Assembly (NCBI GenBank): GCA_002293615.1 | Contig: DBDN01000081.1 | Span: 25,744 to 61,699 of the forward strand | Source of the DNA: Betaproteobacteria bacterium UBA931 | GTDB taxonomy: Bacteria; Pseudomonadota; Gammaproteobacteria; Burkholderiales; Casimicrobiaceae | DNA length: 35,956 bases | Direction of reading: 5' to 3' | Shown here: piece by piece, positions 30,060 through 35,956 of the stretch | How positions within the stretch are numbered: the stretch's first letter is position 1 | Layout: every line of letters starts with the position of its first letter | The notes under the pieces: generated by a model | Databases searched by the model: none | The model's input: only the letters and a program-made list of their open reading frames with translations | What the model was told of the DNA's origin: nothing | Translations under genes and position numbers: made by a program

Positions 30060-30548
30060 ATGAAGATAGATTCCAACGCAAAATTTTCACATTGTAGGCG
30101 CTATCGCTACATGCTCTGGCGTATCTGGGATAAAGCTAAACCAGCCATGACCTTTCTGCTGCTCAATCCATCAAAAGCAGACGAAGAAATAAATGATCCG
30201 ACTATTACGCGTTGTTGGCGCCGTGCTGAAAGGTATGGATTGGGAGGGATGCGTGTAGTTAATCTCTTCGCGTGGAGGTCAACCTCTCCGGATGAACTCT
30301 ATATTCCCGAAGATCCCATCGGCCCTGAAAATGATTCGTATATTCTGGAAGCTTGCCGTGATACAGATGTCGTTTTGTGTGGGTGGGGTGGATATGGAAA
30401 ATTACAAAATCGCGGCAATGCTGTTTTGAAATTATTGCTTGATCATCAGGTCAAGCCGATGTGCTTGGGTGTAAATAAAGACGATACTCCTAAGCATCCA
30501 TTGTACGTCAGATACGATGTTCAGCCAATACCGTATGTGCCAGGCTAG
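30060..30548 (+). CDS. DUF1643-family protein
   Basis: Hallmark N-terminal CRRYRYMLWRIW, followed by FLLLNPSKADEEINDPTITRC and a C-terminal PKHPLYV. About 160 aa, as is typical for DUF1643. Confidence 0.8.
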   Translation: MKIDSNAKFSHCRRYRYMLWRIWDKAKPAMTFLLLNPSKADEEINDPTITRCWRRAERYGLGGMRVVNLFAWRSTSPDELYIPEDPIGPENDSYILEACRDTDVVLCGWGGYGKLQNRGNAVLKLLLDHQVKPMCLGVNKDDTPKHPLYVRYDVQPIPYVPG

Positions 30549-30552
30549 AAAA

Positions 30553-30816
30553 TCACCCGCGCACATTCCTGTACCGCATCACTTCTTTCGCACGCCAGCG
30601 CAGATTTGCTCTTTCCTTCCCATTGCCGAGGTTCGCTTGCGGCTTCGGAAAATCCGGCCAAGTGCGGATGCGATCAAATTGAGTGCGCGAAATACCGAGC
30701 GCCCGGGCGCACTGATCGGCGTCCCATAATTGATACTCAAACGGCACGCCGCTGATAATGTCCGGCATGACTTCGCGCAGTGCTTCGACAAAGGCGGTTG
30801 CTTCGGCTGTGGTCAC
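30553..30816 (-). CDS. AlpA/excisionase-like helix-turn-helix protein
   Basis: DADQCARALGISRTQFDRIRTWPDFPKPQ...LRWRAKEVMRY resembles the AlpA/Xis HTH pattern. The GTG start forms a GTGA overlap with the C5-methyltransferase stop; an internal ATG at 30768 is an alternative. Confidence 0.6.
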   Translation of the reverse strand: MTTAEATAFVEALREVMPDIISGVPFEYQLWDADQCARALGISRTQFDRIRTWPDFPKPQANLGNGKERANLRWRAKEVMRYRNVRG

Positions 30817-32477
30817 GCCGCTCTCCGTTGCTTTCCGACCGCTATTTCCGGTACGTTGGCGCGAACAATCGCGGCGGCCACCGGCGGGCAGACGCTATTG
30901 CCGCACATGCGCACCTGGGCGTATTTCGGCAACGTCAATCCCTGCGCGGGATCGTCGCCGATGATGTAGGTTTCCGGGAATCCTTGCGCGCGGTACAGTT
31001 CACGCGGCGTCAACATCCGCATGCCGATATCGGCAATCATATAATCTTCGCCGGCAACGGTAACCAGCCCGAAGCGATCACGCGCAGTGACCGTGTGCAT
31101 CGGGTCGTGCAACTCGGCGCCGTCTTTTTCGTTGCCGTAGTATTTAAGCAAGAATGCGCGGACCTCGCCGAAATGTGTTCCTTGCGCGCTGATAGTTTGA
31201 AGCGGCGCATCAGTTCGTTGTCCGATGTTTGTCCCGCGCAATTTAACAAGGTGCGACGCGACCAGCCCCATTGTGTTGGCTGTGCCTGGACGTTGTTGTT
31301 CGCCGCCAGCTGTGATTGTTTTGGCTGGCTCGGCGGGAGACGATCCGACGGAGTTCGTCCGAAACTGTGTCAGGTGTGCCGTGACCAGCGTTTTGTGATT
31401 TTCGGCAACAAGCGTCCCAATCGGCTTATCTGTGCCAGTGGGCTTTTGTGCATACTTGCCGCCACCGATCCCCATCAAATGCGCTGAAACAAGCGAATTG
31501 TGATCGATAGCCGTGACCGTCGGTGCCGGATCGGTAAGCGGCGCACTGACAACGCCGGTGAAATGTTTCGCAAGAAACGTAGATACCAGCGCAGTACCAT
31601 GGCTTGCCGTAATCGTTTTTAAAGGATCATTAATCGCCTGCCCGCGAAATGCATCGTAATAACTGGCCGTATGATTGCATTTAACGATAAACGGATCGGC
31701 GGCGTTGACGACATAACGCATGATGCCCTTCGCGATGCGCCGTAATGTCGCCTCAGCCAGCGGTCGCTTACGCTCAAAAATCGAAGGGCAGGGGATGGAC
31801 CAGTCGATGCAATCGGCAGCCGTGCGCCACGCCGGCAGCCCTGTTTTTTTCTCCGGGTCGCCATGTGTCGGATCCGGCCAGACAATCGGCAGGCCGTCAC
31901 GCCTGGCGATCATAAACAGGCGCTTTCGTATCGTCGGCGCGCCGTAATCGCAGGCGCGCAATTCGCGCCATTCGACCTGATAACCTTGTCGTTTCAGAGC
32001 GTTCACAAAAGCATTGAATTCACGCCCCTTGCGCTTTGGGCAAGGGCGAGCGGATCCAGCATCATCAACAATGAGCGGCCCCCATGTCGTGAATTCTTCG
32101 ACATTTTCGAGCATGATCACGCGCGGCTTTACCGTTGCTGCCCAACGTAGCGCTACCCATGCCAGTCCGCGAATCTTTTTCTCGACCGGTTTACCGCCTT
32201 TGGCTTTTGAAAAGTGCTTGCAATCCGGCGATAACCAGACCAGCCCGACGGGCCGGCCCTGTGTTACCTCACGCGGATCAACCTCCCAAACCGATTCACA
32301 ATAATGGTGCGTTTGCGGATGATTGGCAGTGTGCATTGCAACGGCATCTGGATCATGATTGATCGCGATGTCAACGTGCCGTCCGAGTGCGAGTTCAATA
32401 CCTGTCGATGCACCACCACCGCCGGCGAAATTGTCAACGATCAGTTCGTCGTGGATGTCGAGGATGTGTTGTTTCAT
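30813..32477 (-). CDS. DNA (cytosine-5)-methyltransferase, phage type, with an expanded repetitive variable region
   Basis: Motif I DNFAGGGGAS, motif IV SPDCKHFS, motif VI MLENV, motif VIII RKRLFMIA, and C-terminal RMLTPRELYRAQGFP...GNSVCPPVA. Confidence 0.9.
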   Translation of the reverse strand: MKQHILDIHDELIVDNFAGGGGASTGIELALGRHVDIAINHDPDAVAMHTANHPQTHHYCESVWEVDPREVTQGRPVGLVWLSPDCKHFSKAKGGKPVEKKIRGLAWVALRWAATVKPRVIMLENVEEFTTWGPLIVDDAGSARPCPKRKGREFNAFVNALKRQGYQVEWRELRACDYGAPTIRKRLFMIARRDGLPIVWPDPTHGDPEKKTGLPAWRTAADCIDWSIPCPSIFERKRPLAEATLRRIAKGIMRYVVNAADPFIVKCNHTASYYDAFRGQAINDPLKTITASHGTALVSTFLAKHFTGVVSAPLTDPAPTVTAIDHNSLVSAHLMGIGGGKYAQKPTGTDKPIGTLVAENHKTLVTAHLTQFRTNSVGSSPAEPAKTITAGGEQQRPGTANTMGLVASHLVKLRGTNIGQRTDAPLQTISAQGTHFGEVRAFLLKYYGNEKDGAELHDPMHTVTARDRFGLVTVAGEDYMIADIGMRMLTPRELYRAQGFPETYIIGDDPAQGLTLPKYAQVRMCGNSVCPPVAAAIVRANVPEIAVGKQRRAA

Positions 32478-33574
32478 GCCATCTCCAATTTCAAACCGGC
32501 TTGAGCCGTGCGCTCGGCTTGCAGTGCTTCATAATCGCGGTTCAGTTCGCATCCGATCCAATTCCTACCCAGATGCTGCGCTACCTGACCGACGGTGCCG
32601 GAGCCAAAGAAAGGATCGAAAATAATATCGCCGACACGCGATCCGGCCAGAATACAAGGCTCAACCAGTGCTTCGGGGAACGTCGCGAAATGTGCGCCGG
32701 TGTACGGTTGCGTCGGGATTGTCCAGACACTACGCTTGTTGCGCGTGCCAGCGTAGTCGATATTCTCTCTGTCGGCGCGATGTTGGGCTTGTTGTCCTGG
32801 CGGGGTGCCTTCTTTTGTTGATCGAGCGAAAGAGTTTTTCTTTGAACCGCTGTACCGACCGATCAATCCGTTATGTCCTCCTTTGCCGGTGTCCCATCCG
32901 GATGGTACATGCTGTTTTTTCCGATACGCTTCTGGGTTCAAGTTCTCTTTTGAATCGTATCCAAGAGTACGATTCCGTACTACCCCGGCGTCGCGGTTTT
33001 CGTGAGTTGTTGCGTCTTCTTTGATCGCGGCAGCGTCGAAATAATATTTTCGACTTTTTGATAGAAGAAAAATATATTCATGCGATTTCGTGCATCGATC
33101 CTTAATGCTTTCGGGCATCGGATTTGGTTTTGACCAGATAATATCTTGGCGCAATATCCATCCAGCGGCTTGCAATGCAAACGCTACGCGCCACGGGGAT
33201 CCTATAAGGTTTTTTGTTCTTAGCCCGGTGAAAGTTTTTTGGCGTCCGATAGAGGTGTTTCCGTGTAAATCCTTGCAATGTTTTCCCCCCGTGCTACCGC
33301 CCCATTTATCATCGTGTGCATAGCTGTCTCCGAGATTAAGCCAGAGTGTTCCGTCATCAGCTAATAGCTGGCGACACAATGAAAATACTTCGACCATATT
33401 TTTCACGTACTCATCGACAGTGCTTTCTAAACCAAGCTGTCCTTCTACGCCGTAGTCTCGTAGCGCAAAGTACGGCGGGCTGGTGATGATGCAATTAACG
33501 CGCACGCCAGACTTGATCATGTCTCGCATGATTGCGCGGCAATCTCCGAAGTGGCAGCGGTTAAGCCAGTTCAT
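32474..33574 (-). CDS. Beta-class N6-adenine/N4-cytosine DNA methyltransferase (N6_N4_Mtase family)
   Basis: Catalytic motif IITSPPYF near the N-terminus, with the SAM motif IIFDPFFGSGTVG and HFATFPEAL near the C-terminus. ATGA overlap with the C5 MTase start. I chose the ATG at 33574; the track start is 33667. Confidence 0.85.
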   Translation of the reverse strand: MNWLNRCHFGDCRAIMRDMIKSGVRVNCIITSPPYFALRDYGVEGQLGLESTVDEYVKNMVEVFSLCRQLLADDGTLWLNLGDSYAHDDKWGGSTGGKHCKDLHGNTSIGRQKTFTGLRTKNLIGSPWRVAFALQAAGWILRQDIIWSKPNPMPESIKDRCTKSHEYIFLLSKSRKYYFDAAAIKEDATTHENRDAGVVRNRTLGYDSKENLNPEAYRKKQHVPSGWDTGKGGHNGLIGRYSGSKKNSFARSTKEGTPPGQQAQHRADRENIDYAGTRNKRSVWTIPTQPYTGAHFATFPEALVEPCILAGSRVGDIIFDPFFGSGTVGQVAQHLGRNWIGCELNRDYEALQAERTAQAGLKLEMA

Positions 33575-33641
33575 GCTGCGATATCCTGTTCCGCAAGTTC
33601 GCAAAATACGCCACACGAAAACCAACAGACGATTCTTTTTT

Positions 33642-34706
33642 TCACAATGCAATCTCCGGGAAAGCATCGTGTATCACGCCGTCGAGCGTGCGGCCTGCGC
33701 GTTTAGTGCCGCAGCGGAACATGACCCCTCTGTTGTATGGCGGAGGCAGTCCAGAAGGAGGGCGTTCAATCGTTTTGTGATGATATTTCGTATCGCATAG
33801 ACAATTTGGTGCCCATTCTCCCCACTGCTTAAAAAAGAACGGCACACCAGTGCTTACGCATTGATCTCGCAGGGAGCGAACCCATTCAGGATGCATCGGT
33901 CGGGCGTTTTTGCCGGATTCTCCGCCGACTATTAGCCAGTCAAGTTTTGTTAAGTCCGTTTCGACAGAACTATTCTCAAAGTCGGGATCATTAACAGCCG
34001 CTATCCACCTGCCTTCAAGTACGTTGTACGTTCCAGGTTCGTTTCTCCATTTTGGTTTTAATCCATAATCGTCAAGACACAATAAATCAATCGCCCCAAG
34101 CAACGGCTCCGCACTGATAAAGCGTAGCGCTGCCGGTGTCTTGAGAAGTAGCGGTATGCGTTCGTTCGCTATCTGTTGATCCTCAACAGAGACGCCAAGC
34201 CAAATACGCGGGTGCGGTTCTGATGATTGATATAACACTTGGTCATAGATTCCGTCAGGCTCAAATCCTCCGCCATAATGAACCGCATGTCTTGCCCATG
34301 TTTCTGATCTATTTGTTGAAAGATATTTTTGCATACGCTCTGGGCGTTTCGTTAATATTTGAAACACATGCCCGTCAATGCAGTTACGCCTTAAATACAA
34401 ACACGACCACATGACCCCGAACACACTATCAATAAAATCGTCCGGTACATTCTCGTGGAACAGATCGCCGCGCGGGCAGACGAAAATCTTCTTCGGCTTC
34501 TTTGTCCGTAGCGGCTCTTCCAGTTTTTCCGGGTGGCAGCGAACGTCGGTAAATGCGCGTCCGTACCAGATCGACTTTGGGTTCTTCGACCAGCGTTGCG
34601 TAACCTCACGCTCGGCGTAGCAGTGCTTGCATCCTTGCGATACTTTCGTGCATCCGGTTACCGGCGACCACGTCGTATCAGTCCATGAGATTTGACTTTT
34701 GTTCAT
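33642..34706 (-). CDS. DUF5131 (phage Gp37/Gp68, three-Cys-motif) family protein
   Basis: ISWTDTTWSPVTGCTKVSQGCKHCYAE (C19-x6-C26-x2-C29), FQILTKRPERM, ISAEPLLG, DWLIVGGESG...RPMHPEWVRSLRDQC...PFFFKQWGEW. Confidence 0.85.
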   Translation of the reverse strand: MNKSQISWTDTTWSPVTGCTKVSQGCKHCYAEREVTQRWSKNPKSIWYGRAFTDVRCHPEKLEEPLRTKKPKKIFVCPRGDLFHENVPDDFIDSVFGVMWSCLYLRRNCIDGHVFQILTKRPERMQKYLSTNRSETWARHAVHYGGGFEPDGIYDQVLYQSSEPHPRIWLGVSVEDQQIANERIPLLLKTPAALRFISAEPLLGAIDLLCLDDYGLKPKWRNEPGTYNVLEGRWIAAVNDPDFENSSVETDLTKLDWLIVGGESGKNARPMHPEWVRSLRDQCVSTGVPFFFKQWGEWAPNCLCDTKYHHKTIERPPSGLPPPYNRGVMFRCGTKRAGRTLDGVIHDAFPEIAL

Positions 34707-34709
34707 GAT

Positions 34710-35069
34710 TTATTCGTTGCTTACTGCTACGCGCAACGCTGGCGGCGAGTGCATCCGTTGCTGTTCGCGTTCATAGGCTATTTTGCAATGCTTAGGTTCA
34801 GCAAAAAAGACCAAATCGACGACGAAACGGGCAATGCACCAGCCAATTAGTGGGTTTTCCTGCTGTGATTTGCGCCAGCAGCGCGCCGACAGGGTTTCGT
34901 CTGCCCAGCCATCACGAATCGGAAGCAGTGCATTGATAAGCTGGTCAAGCGCAATCAATACTTGCAGCAACCAAAATTGCAGATATTTCAGAAAGCGTTT
35001 GAATTTTTTCATGGTCGTTATATCTTTTTCACAAAAGGATACCGATGGGGCATAAAGCCCCGCTTTCAT
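34710..35069 (-). CDS. Small hypothetical membrane protein (phage-associated)
   Basis: TM segment FWLLQVLIALDQLINALL, then GWADETLSARCWR. Start is either ATG 35069 (TAATG overlap with the upstream stop) or ATG 35012 (MKKFKRF...). Confidence 0.5.
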   Translation of the reverse strand: MKAGLYAPSVSFCEKDITTMKKFKRFLKYLQFWLLQVLIALDQLINALLPIRDGWADETLSARCWRKSQQENPLIGWCIARFVVDLVFFAEPKHCKIAYEREQQRMHSPPALRVAVSNE

Positions 35070-35932
35070 TAAAAAGGCTTACCGAAAAAGAACGGTACGC
35101 CGGTTTTTTCTTTGATCGTCTGGATCATGGTCTTTGTCGCGTCTTCGAGCGCTTTGTCGTGGCGCAGCAATTCGTACCAAAACGTCAATCGTCCTTCACG
35201 TACTCGGTAGCGCAGGCGTACTTCGATCCGGTATGCATCACCGCTCCAGAAAACCGGAATACCGATATTGAAGCGATCAAACATTTGCATTTTCTGGATC
35301 GTCGCGTCATCGTCCTTATCGATAAACGCCATTTCAACTCCACCGGACTGCAAACGGATGAAACTCTTGAAACGCGCATCTTGGTTCGCTTCAAATTGCA
35401 GCGCCATGTCGAGCATTTGCACGCCAGACGCGCTGCCGTTGTGACTGGTGATATCGCTCATGTTGTCCTCAATGAACATCGCGAATTCAATTTGGCTCAT
35501 CAGCTTTTTGTCTGATCCTGTCCAGCGCTGGAACTCTTCGCTGTATTCCGGCAAGAATTTGGCTGTATGGTCGCGCCATGCCGGTTTATCTTCGTCTTCG
35601 CCGTGATCGTTCAAGATGGACAAAAAGTTGACTTTACAATCACGATAATCGACATCACACCAGACAGTTGCGTAAGCAAGCGAGCCGTGGCGCTTGATGT
35701 AGTCGATGAAGCTGTCCGCGTCGTTTAATTCAACGGCGGCTATTTTGCGGCGCGGCGTTGGACGTAATTGAATATCATCGTTATATTTGGTTGTCCAGCC
35801 AGGCGGCAGCAAGGCCATTTGCTGATCTTCGCTTGCTGCACTTTTGATGATAACGGGCGACTTCATTTCACGCGCCAGCGTTTCGGCGATATTTTCTGTT
35901 CTGGCAAGTTCTTCAAAAGTGGTATCGTTCAT
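35069..35932 (-). CDS. DUF2303 (YfdQ-like) prophage protein
   Basis: 287 aa. The overall pattern (...FIDYIKRHG..., ...SQIEFAMFIEDN..., ...FNIGIPVFWSGDAYRIEVRLRYR...) matches my recollection of the YfdQ/DUF2303 family from lambdoid and CPS-53-type prophages. Confidence 0.7.
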   Translation of the reverse strand: MNDTTFEELARTENIAETLAREMKSPVIIKSAASEDQQMALLPPGWTTKYNDDIQLRPTPRRKIAAVELNDADSFIDYIKRHGSLAYATVWCDVDYRDCKVNFLSILNDHGEDEDKPAWRDHTAKFLPEYSEEFQRWTGSDKKLMSQIEFAMFIEDNMSDITSHNGSASGVQMLDMALQFEANQDARFKSFIRLQSGGVEMAFIDKDDDATIQKMQMFDRFNIGIPVFWSGDAYRIEVRLRYRVREGRLTFWYELLRHDKALEDATKTMIQTIKEKTGVPFFFGKPF

Positions 35933-35956
35933 AGTGCTTCCTTTCGATTAAGCGGT

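Larger units (their letters stand above)
28346..35956. mobile_element. Left arm of a prophage/integrative element inserted at tRNA-Leu(CAG); it extends beyond the right edge
   Basis: A tyrosine integrase lies directly 3' of the tRNA, followed by phage-type genes: AlpA-like HTH, two DNA methyltransferases, Gp37/Gp68-family DUF5131 and DUF2303/YfdQ. The right att site is not in the window. Confidence 0.8.

Noticed and set aside
30780-31487. 235-aa plus-strand ORF. The same applies to other long antisense ORFs such as 32387..32821 and 32668..33024.
   Set aside because: They are antisense to methyltransferase genes that carry unambiguous catalytic motifs. Their composition is Arg/Cys-rich and they show no recognisable motifs.
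1-35956. CRISPR arrays, IS elements and transposase genes, toxin-antitoxin pairs, and rRNA genes.
   Set aside because: I found no regularly spaced direct repeats, transposase-like ORFs, terminal inverted repeats or rRNA-like sequence while reading the window. Absence judged by eye is not proof.

Overview
This looks like a gammaproteobacterial-type chromosomal segment, judged by synteny (dusB-fis-purH-purD and zapA-6S RNA). It is mostly G+C-rich housekeeping DNA and ends in the left arm of a prophage or integrative element.

Left to right, the core region holds:
- the 5' part of hppA (H+-pyrophosphatase) and a membrane-anchored DUF2726 protein
- a complete vitamin B12 uptake locus: cobalamin riboswitch, btuB, a VOC/glyoxalase gene, a btuF-like gene, then convergent btuD- and btuC-like genes
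- greB, a small coiled-coil gene, zapA, 6S RNA and a terminator
- a TauE/SafE permease, dusB-fis, purH-purD with a NUDIX hydrolase, a dGTPase-like HD protein, xerC and a YpfJ-type zinc peptidase
- a contiguous selenocysteine block: Tat-exported formate dehydrogenase fdnG (in-frame UGA at codon 196 plus a SECIS-like hairpin), fdnH, fdnI, fdhE, selA, selB and tRNA-Sec

tRNA-Leu(CAG) lies 82 bp after tRNA-Sec and has its own near-consensus promoter. Directly downstream is a P2/HP1-size tyrosine integrase, which marks the start of a mobile element that runs off the right edge.

The most interesting material is inside that element:
1. An AT-rich two-gene cassette sits between the integrase and an AlpA-like gene. 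It encodes a 120-aa unknown protein and a DUF1643 protein with NPS and HPLY motifs reminiscent of UDG-superfamily glycosylases. I consider it the best candidate for an undescribed nucleic-acid-targeting or defence module.
2. A tightly coupled minus-strand operon encodes DUF2303/YfdQ, a small membrane protein, a three-Cys DUF5131 (Gp37/Gp68) protein, a beta-class N6/N4 DNA methyltransferase, a 554-aa C5 cytosine methyltransferase and the AlpA-like HTH. No restriction endonuclease is visible. The variable region of the C5 enzyme contains about six tandem copies of a P-x-x-T-[ILV]-[TSV]-A...LV-x-x-[HF]-L module.

I saw no CRISPR array or IS element. All family assignments come from reading the translations by eye, with no database search.
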